Source: Lingula anatina (lineage: Eukaryota > Animalia > Brachiopoda). From it: a stretch of 64,000 nt of DNA. The DNA is taken from assembly GCA_051362555.1 (NCBI GenBank), contig CM120641.1, positions 39,934,401 through 39,998,400 of the forward strand, in the 5' to 3' direction. Position 1 is the stretch's first letter; every line of letters begins with the position of its first letter. The translations under genes and the position numbers were made by a program. This document shows positions 1-11,083 of this stretch, piece after piece. The notes beneath the pieces are model-generated. The model had not been told where the DNA came from. It worked only from the letters and a program-made list of their open reading frames with translations, and did not search any database.

Positions 1-36
1 AAATGAAATCGCCGTTTTTCACTATTTTTTTTCCAG

Positions 37-142
37 ATTTTCCATGGTTGTAGAGGATGGTGTTGTGAAGAAGCTCAATGTGGAGCCAGATGGGACAGGA
101 CTCACTTGCAGTTTGGCAGATAATGTTTTGTCCCAGCTGTAG
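37..142 (+). CDS. PRDX5: Peroxiredoxin-5, last coding exon (gene starts upstream of window)
   Basis: After ttccag acceptor: FSMVVEDGVVKKLNVEPDGTGLTCSLADNVLSQL*, matching the PRDX5 C-terminus with its resolving Cys. Confidence 0.93.
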
Positions 143-2002
143 ACATATTCTCTCAACAGATTCAATAACATGAACACAAAAAACGCACAAGTTTTGTCTA
201 CGACTACGCTTATGAATTTAAGGCCTTAAATGCATCTTCCAGGCAGGCTTAGGTTGATCCCATGCTTATTTAAGTGACATATAAGACTACTTAGTCCAGT
301 TACCTTATTATAGTGGTGATGGGTTGAAGACGTCCATAAGGCTTCCAGCAGTTGGTTTCAAAAAAACGAGTTCCCATTGCCAACTGAATTTTACCATGTC
401 GCAGTATTCAAGCTCATCTTCAAGTGTGGCAGCTAATATAGATGCTAGAACTGCATTTGACACATTTTTTTTCCTTTGTTTTGTGGAAAGTCACGTTGAA
501 ATAAATCATGCCATAAAATATTACACGATTTGTCTTTAAAGCTCTTCCAACTCTTGACCGTAGAACAGTAGTTAAAGAATGAGATTTACACAGTATCACT
601 GGTGAAGCTTCACTATTAAAATTTTATTTTTAAAATCGTATATGTTGCAAAAGAATTTTAGGGACAGAACAAGTGTTGAAATAGAATTTTTACATGTAAA
701 TTGTCAAGAAGCTTTCAACATCAAAACTGAAAATGGTCAAATTATTGGATGTTGTTTTAAAGGATTTCATTTAAAATTCTGACACTTTTCAGTTTGCCCT
801 TCAAAAAAAAAAAAAAAAATCTATTACCAATCACAAGTAAAAATTGCGTTAAACAAAATCTTCCGAAATTGGGGAAAAATACTTTTTGGAGGATAAGTGG
901 GGCACTGAACAATTTATTGAGCACTCAAACAATAGACTCCTTGTATTTTGTAACATGACACTTCTCTTACAAGCAACTTACTAAATGATATACCAGACCA
1001 CACAAAATGAACAGGTTCTTTTTTGGACAAGTGTACATCACAGCAAAATAATCTGTTTAAAGCTTGTTAAAAGCAAAAGCCTCTCAATCTGCCAAACCCA
1101 ACACAATCAGTCTTGTTAACATAGGACTGAAAGCTATTAGTTTCTACAACATCACAATTCTGAAAATTCACACTACAGCAACTTCTTGGAGCTTGCTGTG
1201 ATTTTATAATATCAAATTACAAAGCACTTGGAAATACTTTGAAACATTTTCTATATCATAAGGCTAACAAAGAAATCTAAAAGTTGTATATTTCTTTTAA
1301 AGAAAATTTAATGTTTACTTCACAAAAAGACCTAGCATATTATTATTACACAGGCAATCCATTAATATCAAATCAACGGAACAAAGACTGACAATTATTG
1401 TTCAACAGTCAACCTGGTTTGTAATTTTCTTACAAGCTGTCTAAAATTCTTCAGCTGTTAGTGATAGATATCTGTTGAATTAACTAATATCCTTTTCAAT
1501 TTGCATTTCACTTTTTCACATGGTGATTACAATTTCTTCATTACAAATAGGAACCTTCACCATAATCTACAAATATGACTTTCTTAAATTTTTAACTTAA
1601 AATATAAGAGATGAATAAAAACCTATTTTGATATCTTTACATGATACTAAAATATCCTTTAGTGCTAAATTCTTGTACAATACTATTACAACAGATGAAA
1701 AGGGAAAAATAATTGCTTACATTTTTCCACATAGGAAACCTTCCATTAATGATCAGTAACTATTGGTAATATCACTGAACTGTTTTACATCTCGACTAAT
1801 ACAGATGCTTTCAAGCAATTTTTGTGTCTATATAAACTGCTTTTTACAAATTTGCAGCTTTGGAATACATGCTTTATTGAAGTGTGTAGGTAACAGCACC
1901 ATAATTATGCTGCAGCTCTCCTTTCCACATGTTCACAACAGTGGTCTTTGACTTTTGCCACTAGAAAACATTTGATTAGGTTATACATGTAGTGTCCCCA
2001 AT

Positions 2003-5000
2003 TTAAATTGGTTTATACAACAATGTAGTCACATACTTCTTCTTGTACCTGTGGGTTGCACTGAGTACCATTACACCATCCTGAAATAAATAAATTGGAC
2101 AACTGATACCTTTCATTTTTTAAACTTGCACTACTCTATGCACTTTATTTTGGTTTCCATTATTCAAGTGGTTACAGACTTCATTGATTTTTGAGACAAT
2201 GTTTAACTGTAAGTTGTGCTGTCAAAGGCAATTTTAGTTCATCCATGAAAACTTGGGTGCAACACTGTGCATCACTCCCCTACAAAATGGATGTAACAGC
2301 TCTAAGGTGGTTACGTTGTAGCGAGCATTGCTAACTGCTGCCCCTAAATCAAGGTGTAAATACAGCGCACAGGGAAAGAGCATCACAGTTACTTCTTGAT
2401 ACAATGATACATACATTAGATTTTTCCAGCTTTGGAACCAAAGACATAAAATACTGAACCTTGCCAAATTCAGAACCAATGAAGTACAAATTCCAGTTGA
2501 TGGCAGCCAGCTATCACAACACTGTAAACCAACCAGCCAAGACTGCCTTGAAGTTGTTTATGAGCATCTACACTTGACAAGAAAAAGTGAACAAAGGAAG
2601 AACATACCTTGATAGAAAGAGCATACAAGTGATTCAACATCACATGGTTGGGTTCTGGCAGCAGATTTGGTTCACACTGAAACATAACAGCAATACTAAG
2701 TCATATTTATTTCAAAGATTTTACACACAATATGTCTCTGTGAATGACACTTCTTTCTATAGCCATCCACATTTTTGATTAACTTTCAACATTGCCTTAG
2801 AAAAACAAATGAGTGAAAATTACATTATTTGCTCTAAACATCTTTTTTAGCTAAACCCACATCTGTTACTATCTGTCCAAACAATAGTTGACACATTTTG
2901 GTCCTTCATTGTGACCTTGAGATGTACCTATAACAGTGCACATGATTTTAATCCTAAATATCAAAAATAAGATAATTTAAAATAATTCAAAGCATAAACA
3001 TACACTAGCTGGTACATCTTTGTTGAGAATAACTTGCAATAAATGTGGTGGCAGAATAGGAGGACCTGGAACTTTTTCATTGGGCTTTCTCTGTGGCACT
3101 TCTTGACAATACTCCCCTGGTGGTGACCCAGACATAGCTGTGAATACAAATGATTATTTTATTCATGAGATGATACATCTTTTATGCCAACAGGCCATAA
3201 AACCTGACTATATACATAATATATATAAATATATTGCTAATTTAACAGCTTGTTGGATTACTGCAACCACAAGTGATTTGTTCTTTATCAAATGTCTAAA
3301 AATTGCATTATAGCATCCAGATCAGATGTACACTTACAGGTTTTGCTTTCATTCGTTCCCACTGCATCACTTTTTAATGCTTCAAACACTTCAAAGTCAG
3401 ACTTCTTCACTTTCATAATATTGTTTTTTGTCCCCATATTGTTTGTTGTAGTTGGCTGAAAGAAACAACACAATTCATACAGAGTAACTTTTTACCATTA
3501 AGAACAAAACAAAACTCTTTAAGTAAATGTATTCAATGAAATTGAGCCATGATTATGCATCAATATATAATAAAGAACTGTAATGCATGTAAAATTTTCA
3601 TCCACAGCATGTTACCTTAACATTGGAAGGTTTTAAGAGTGACTTAAGTCCTACTCTGATACAACAGCAGAGCTCTGTTATATAATAATCATACAGGGTA
3701 GCTTAAAATACATGGAAAAACTGTTAAACAAAGAACACTTTTAACACAAACTATATTGTTTACAATAGCATTACATATCAACTCCCCTTATGTAATGTTC
3801 CTTAAAATTCAGGCCTAAAATCACATCAAGAATACATTACCAAAGTAATAAATTCTTGATAACATATGTAAGCATCCAATTTGATTGTTGGGATCGTCAT
3901 ACTAAAATAATAGTAGCTATTATAAACCATTCACTATTACACAATAATCAACCCATAGTTAAAGGGACACACCATTAAATTTGGTTAAGTATTCCTTTTG
4001 CCGAAAATTGAAGCTCTACAGTGTAAATGAAAATACAAGCAATTTGTACTACAGATAATTTTTTTTTTACATTAAGAAATGGCGATCATGACAACATGTT
4101 TGTAAACATCATTTTAAGGGCTTGCAGATCATCAAGGTAATGTTATACTAGTACCAATATATCTTTTGTAAACCACCCCAATTTTTCAAAAGTTTTTAAT
4201 GTAAGCTTTTTCTCAAACACAATCAGTCCCTTTAATATGAGTGTAATTTCCACAATGTCTTTTTTTTTTCATTGGAATCCGTACCAATTAAAAACCTCAG
4301 GCTGACACACACATCTGCCTTAAAACAAGGTGTAATATAAGCAATTTCCAACAACCTAATGCTAGTGCACTTCTGCTCTGGTCAGTGCTTTAAATAAAAG
4401 ACTGAATGGCCAAATAACAGCCTTTTTTTCTTTAAGCATTAATTCTTAGCATTATATATAAACCATTTAGTAGATCAACTTTAGACATTATTGGTGGGGT
4501 TGTAAAGGCTACTCTTCTAACATTTAAAGCCACACTTTCTACTTCCACACTAAAAATTCTGGCTAATCACGGGAAAGAACACTCTTCAATAAAAAAAAAG
4601 AGTGAAAAATTTAGAATAAGACACTGCAATAGAAACTGAAAGAAATATAGTGTCCAAAACAAAAGAAGCACATTGGACACTGCTGCCAGATGCTGGCGTA
4701 CCTGCAAAGTTGAATATTGGGGCTTAAAAGAGTCACATAGTCACAAGGACTATGTGACATCTTGTTCTTCGATTCCCTGTTTTTCAATTCAACCTGAGAG
4801 TGTGTTCTTTCTCTTTAAAATGGAATGGTACAAGTACCTCATTTTTGTCATGACACCATACTCCGTCAACTAAAAATTTGTACTCAGTTATGCCTTCTGG
4901 CAGGTCTATAATCACAAAAAAGTCTCCGTGGCTGAAAATAAATCAACATATGTAATCAGTTTTGTTCATTCTGTCTATCATATGACATGGTCAAAAATGG

Positions 5001-6569
5001 TAGCCATGAGTTGCCCCACTCTAGCTACTTATTCTTGAACATGTCTCAGATAATGCTGACATAAGCATGCACACTTCTATTTTCAAATACTTTCCTTCTG
5101 TAAAATCTGATAACAATCCAATACAAAATTCCAAAATGCTCTCATATAAAATATTAGCCGTACTGCTTATGTCTGCATCATCTGTTCCTTATGTCTCTGT
5201 TGTTACCTGATTTGCACTGTGTACCCACTGGCCATCAACTAGAAACTTATACTCATGCTGACCTTCTTTTAGGTCTACAATGGTATAAAAGTCACCATGG
5301 CTAAGGAAAAACAAGATAAGTGAAACATGTTGAAAAAAAAGAAAAGCAAGCATTTATCATATCTCTATATTCATGCAATTTGAGGTATTACTAAATATGT
5401 GTCGCCTTGTACTTTTGTTCTTCTCAGCAAACTGTGTAGAATTTTAAAGAAAAACCAATGTATTTTGACAGCCATGTTGAGGCTTCCAACTATCTGGCAT
5501 TCACAATTCTCCAAAAACTAAATCAACAATTACCTTTTTGCCATAGGTATTTTTGATTTCCAATTATCAAAACTCCCTGACATATAGACTTCTTTTCCTC
5601 CACCTTCCCATTTAAATGGAGTGGGTAACCTAATTTCTTTATTGGGCCGTACATAATTGCTGAGGGAGTCTGCACGCATTCGAGTGGTCAGGTCAATATC
5701 TTGGCCTAAAGTCGCTGCCTGAAAATACATATTCTTCATTATCAGTGGTGATTTCTGTTTTGAAGGGTAACTATAGTTTTCAAACTGGCACAATGAGACA
5801 ATATGACATGAAATGGCTATTTTGATCATCAAACTGAAGCACAAACAAATTATCAATTTGAATTTTTCCTTCCCACCCCTCAAAACATTCAGAAGTTCAG
5901 ATTAAAAAAAAATTCACATGGAATCTAATTATTTCATTTCATTGACTTCAGCCATGAGGCTAAAGTCACTTGGAAACTGGGCTCTCAGATTACAGAAATT
6001 TTCTTTTATTCCCAAATACTGAATGTAATCACTGCACCGAATTCAAAGAGACCACATTTTTGGAATGTTAAAATCCAAAACTATTCTTTTATAATTTCAT
6101 ACACAAATTGCACTACATTTTCTATACTCTTTTTGGGATACTTTAATTTGCTGTAATTCCCCCCCCCCCCCAAAAAAAAAAGACACACACACTGAAGTCT
6201 GAAGCCATCCATTTTCAATTTTATATTTATCTAAATTCAGTTATGTGCTGGCTTTGATCAGACTCTCAGCTATTCAAACAAAGTAACTTGACTATTAAAG
6301 ATTGTGTAGGTGTAAAATGTTTAAAACCTATACGAATTAAAATATTTCTAGGACAAATCCAACCACTTAACCTCAAGTCAAGCGAGAAATTAATTGTGAG
6401 GTTCAATTTAAATATGTACTAGTACCCTCAGTGATCCAGGCATGAATTCATCACTTTCATCCATAGATGGTTGGTAAATTAATCTATTAGTCCTTCCGAC
6501 ACCAGGAGATGAAGGCGGGTCATCCCCAGAGTTGTGTCTTTTCTGTCCACCAGGCCCAGTATTCCCCAT
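2003..6569 (-). CDS. PRKAB: AMP-activated protein kinase beta subunit. Exons 6569-6426, 5718-5534, [5300-5207 or 4931-4838], 3455-3338, 3137-3004, 2676-2608, 2080-2003
   Basis: N-terminal MGN myristoylation motif; CBM (FKWEGGGKEVYMSGSFDNW...HEYKFLVDGQW); KKSDFEVFEAL; SPPGEY; PPILPPHLLQVILN; PEPNHVMLNHLYALSIKDGVMVLSATHRYKKKYVTTLLYKPI*. All introns GT-AG with consistent phases. Confidence 0.96.
4838..4931 (-). CDS. PRKAB: AMPK beta alternative exon 3b (94 nt)
   Basis: (S)HGDFFVIIDLPEGITEYKFLVDGVWCHDKNE; tttcag acceptor, gtactt donor; phase 2 to 0. Confidence 0.88.
5207..5300 (-). CDS. PRKAB: AMPK beta alternative exon 3a (94 nt)
   Basis: (S)HGDFYTIVDLKEGQHEYKFLVDGQWVHSANQ; ccttag acceptor, gtaaca donor; phase 2 to 0. 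Confidence 0.9.
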
Positions 6570-7785
6570 ATTGATTTCTTCAAAAAAGTTCAATCTCTAA
6601 GTCCAAGTCTTTGTACAACCTGATGATCAAGTTGAGCAGTCCCGGTTTGAAATAAGGGACGACATAAACGTCTTCTTCTCGTCTACTAAGCCTATATCTA
6701 CAGCTACAGATGTTAATGTCACAAAGAGTACAACACTTCCACGCAAGCTAAAGTATGAACGAACGAATCCTTAGCGAAATTACGGAACCTGCCATGAATT
6801 GATATCTTGTTCGCACGAATTTCACGAAAACAACAAACATGGCGTCATTTGAACTCGTCGCCGACACTGTTTGGCTATCGCGTATCCATAAACAGGAGTG
6901 ATTGTGTCATAATCATATTCGTTTTACGTTTTTTATCATATTTTCTTTAATTTGAGTTTCTTAAATTGACAACTAAATTAAATATTTCTACATATTCAAG
7001 CACACCGATGTCCATTTGCCTATCCTGCCCCCCTTATGTTAAACTAGTCTATGAGCGAGATTTCAGCGAGAGCTAAGAAAGTCAAGGTCAGTTGGATTTG
7101 GAAAGGGCATGCGGCACGTGCCACCTTTGAATTGAAATGTTCTTGGTTGCCCTTGAACCCTTTATTTCATAATCTTCGAATACATGGCATTAAAAACCAT
7201 TAAAGAAAACATATAATTTCCACTTAATATGCCTGACTGGTATAGCCATTTTTCAAGTGCAGTGGTTATGTTAGAATCTTTTATTGTAGATCTACACCTT
7301 TAGGCCTATCAGGCTACCGGGTAGGCCTACATGTGTAGGCCCTACATGTATAAAGACTGTATATACATGCCGCCTAAGGATAAACAATAACTAAGTATTC
7401 CTTGAATTGTAAAATGCAATATATCAGGAAAACTATAAAAAAAATCTACACAAAGTGGGAAATTGATGCCGCTTTATTCAACCCTTTTTACCCCCCTCCC
7501 CCCCCCCCCCAAAAAAAAAATATTGCCTAATCATGAAAAACGCTGGATATGTACAGGTACGTTCCATGAATAGAGGATTCCCTGGTCGTAAACTAATGAA
7601 TGAAAATCATTCGAGAAGCCATTGATCACATAGGCCTATAGGCTTAAGTCTAGGCTACATCCAAAGCTTGGTGAAATCATTGAAATATTTCGTGGAAAAA
7701 ATATAGGCCCCTATATGGTGAAATCACAGTTAAAATGGCTGAACCTGAAACGGCGATAGCTCTCGGTTTGAAATTAGTCGAATTA

Positions 7786-8700
7786 GGGGAGACCAGGGCC
7801 GTAGCCTCCGGGGGGTGGGGGTGGGGGGGGGGGGGCAGCTGCCCCCCTGGGATTTGAGGTGCAAAAAAAATAATCGCAAAGGTGAATAAAAATAATTGCA
7901 AAGTTGGTATCAATTCTGTGAGAAAATGCACTCATGGCCACTGGACAATCATTCAACAATCTCTTTACGAAGGTGTACTGTTTTTAGACAATCTACGAAA
8001 TGAAGTCCAATTGGCATGTTGTGTTGAAAAAATGACTGTACCTATGGCAAAATGAACCCACAATTTATGACTTATGATTGAGCAATAAATAACAGTTAAA
8101 ATGCACCAGAATGCAGTATTATACATAAAGTTTTTAAAAATTTTCCACACCGTGGGAGGGGACCCCCCCCCCCCCCACACACACACCCTCCCCCCTCGGG
8201 GGCTTTGCCCCCTCGTGTCCGCTTACTGCCCCCCCCCCTGGCATTTTGCTCAGGCTACGGCCCTGGAGACCGGGGCTAGTTGGACCCCAGGGTAAGTTAT
8301 TATTCGTTTTCATTCATTAAATACCTGCTTTATACCATTATTAATTTTCTTAATTAAAACAAAACATGTTTTATAAATTTATAGAAATTTTGGAATAGAT
8401 ATTTTGGAAACCTCAATAAATCTGCCTCATTTGAACTATTTATTCATCAAAGGCTCTCAAAAATCAATTAGATAAATTAAAAATGTGTAAAAATGTATTT
8501 CAAGGCGTTTACATGGAATACTTAGGGATACAAAATGAAATTGTGGGCCATCTGACATTATATTTAAAAAATAAAGACGTTGCATACGTAGCTTATATCA
8601 TGGGGCTTACTTTGAAACCGATTTTGTTACTCTAACTCATTCCTTGTTGGCGTTACAAGGCCAAAAGTGTCTAAGTGGGCCAACTAGCCCCGGTCTCCCC
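7786..8700. mobile_element. Non-autonomous DNA transposon with TA target duplication, left TIR interrupted by a second element
   Basis: TIR ggggagaccggggctagttgg / ccaactagccccggtctcccc, with TA at 7784-7785 and 8701-8702. Confidence 0.8.
7794..8265. mobile_element. hAT-like MITE nested in the TIR of the previous element
   Basis: TIR cagggccgtagcc / ggctacggccctg; direct repeat gagac at 7789-7793 and 8266-8270. Confidence 0.8.
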
Positions 8701-10145
8701 TATACTGGACCGACATTGGACTACTGGAAGCATTCGAAGGTCAGGTTGGTCACTACATTGGGGCGATTTCAACCGAGACAACAAGCACTGTCCTGATGTT
8801 GACATGACCCTCTCTTAATACCCCTTTAGGGCTGTCTAATTTCTGTTAGTGTTATTCACGTGCAATTATTACCCTTAAGTGTTCATATTTTTTTAAAAAA
8901 AAACTTAAGTTACTAAAATCTTTGTTACTGAGTACAAAAACTCTCCATACCAGCCAAACGTATTAAAATTTCCATGACTTAGGCCTACACAAAAAAAGCT
9001 AGATTTACAGGTATCACGTGCTCTTACGTACGAGAGTTTTAGAAAAAGTAGAATTCGCGAAGATATCTTTAACTTCACTTTTCACTTTTGTAATTTTTCT
9101 TCTTCAAATGAACCTACATATTGAGAATCAGATTCGATACTGACGCAGGGGCTGCTGCATTCCACGTCTATCATCTTCTTTTTACGTGTGTGTTAAGTTA
9201 CAAGTTAAACAGTAGGCCCTATTGTCAAGAAATAAAATGGGATTAAAATAATTACCCATGACTGGAGAGTGGGCAAAAGTGCCTTGATCCGCCCCTGAAA
9301 CCATTTTAGTTTTTAGATAATACGTGAAATTCACCTTCAGGCTTTCCGGCTTCTTCCTCAATTCTTTGTGCGCTTTTCATAATCCATTTGCCTCAGATCG
9401 TCCTCCATAACAACTGCCAGTGATACTAGGGTCATTTGCCAAAATGTTTTTTTTTTAACAGAAATAATACAGTTTTAAAAGTAAACGATTCTTTAATCAA
9501 CACATCAGTCTAAGTCGCCCTAAAACAACGAAAAAAGATATGGAATAATCTTTTTTTAAAGATTTAAATTTTTATAGAATTAATGTAGGCCTACATACTC
9601 CAGGTACTTCTAAGGACCTTACCTGCCATCGCTATAACACGTAAAACCGGCATCGTGTCACCTAAACGGGAAAACTTCCTGAAATGTTGTAATAAAAACG
9701 AAGATTTTTCTAAAGATCACAGGATGCATTTATTTACAGTTTTCCTATAACCTGATACGAGCACAAATGCTTTTCCCCAATTGGCTGCAATATGTTGTTT
9801 ATTTTTCAGTTTCTTTTCAGTAAAACTGGTGACCACAGGGTAATAAGACATATTTGGGAAGGGTAGCCTACTTAGGTATGTTATATCGTCTGTAAGTATA
9901 CGCATGCACAATCTTGCCGCATACCCCACGTTAGCTGTCGAGTGTATATAATCGATTGTTTTCACCCACCCTCTACCCTCAATACGCTTTCCTTGTTGAA
10001 TATTCAGCACGCACTTTCTTGACGCAGCGAGCTAGACAGGCCATTGGTTGATGTAAAAAGAAATTCAAACAAATAAATGCCAGCAAAAAACACAGTTTGT
10101 CGTCTATTCAAAGCATAATTCAATATAGCTAAGGGCTTCATTGAA

Positions 10146-10597
10146 GGGCAAAAAACCACTAAATCAACCAATCACCGAAGTGACTACGAATGTAGTTCAG
10201 TGAGAGAAAATTAGTGCTTTTTTCCTTTTTTTTCCTGGCATTTCTTGTGTGTTACTAGGGTTAATTTTGGTATCAACTAGCAGGCTAGGGTGTAAACTAC
10301 TGCCAGTTTTATTTATTTTTTTTTTCACGACCAGGCACAGGTGCGGTGAGACCTCTGGCGGAGGGGGCTACTGACTGTGAGTGGTGCAGTGGTTTGTTTA
10401 CAAACAGAGGGTTCAAGTGATGCCGTAAGAAATAATGTTGGATGACAGTACATTTTTTTTTTGCCATTGGGAGTTATGTCAGTGTGTCTGCTGTCCATGG
10501 GAGTGGGAAATGTTTCACAGAGTAATTTTGTTCATGCAGTTTTGCAGGCATTTCTTAGTATGGTCGTCAATGGGAAATTATTTGGTGGTTTCTGCCC
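10146..10597. mobile_element. MITE specific to unit 1
   Basis: Imperfect TIR gggcaaaaaaccac / gtggtttctgccc, flanked by tgaa on both sides; empty site cttcattgaaatgaaa in unit 2 (~26631-26646). Confidence 0.7.
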
Positions 10598-11083
10598 TGA
10601 AATGAAATTCAATCGGATATGTTTGTTTGAATACGGATGTTTTGTGGACCAGTTTCTAACATTTTACTTTTAATGACTTAGAAACCATTTAACATATGAA
10701 TAATAGCTAAAACGCAAAATGAAATTTTGCACCAACATAACAAAGCGGCAGACCAGTGGGTTATTCCCAGATGCAATGAAGCGGTAAATACTTCCTTGTA
10801 AAGAAGAATTGAAAAGTTTGAACCGGGAAGCTTGGACGCGTGCCAACTACAGGTAGAAATGTTTTCTCCGAATTCATGCAACCATAGAAGTAGAGAATAT
10901 ATGATGCAACATAACGAAGGGTACCGGTGCCCGTGATGTGTTAGAAGTTAAAAGGGCCTACTTAGGTCTTATCACGACGGTGTGTGAAAGCCAACAAACA
11001 GGAATTTTTATTTTCTTGAATACACCTCGAACAGAAGGATTTTTAGAGGCCGGTGGATTGTGTAAATTTTTACCAGGCAAGTT

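Noticed and set aside
6839-6901. Short plus-strand ORF (MASFELVAD...) with YY1-like aacatggcg near the AMPK beta promoter
   Set aside because: Only 20 codons and no homology recognised; more likely a promoter motif, not supportable as a gene.
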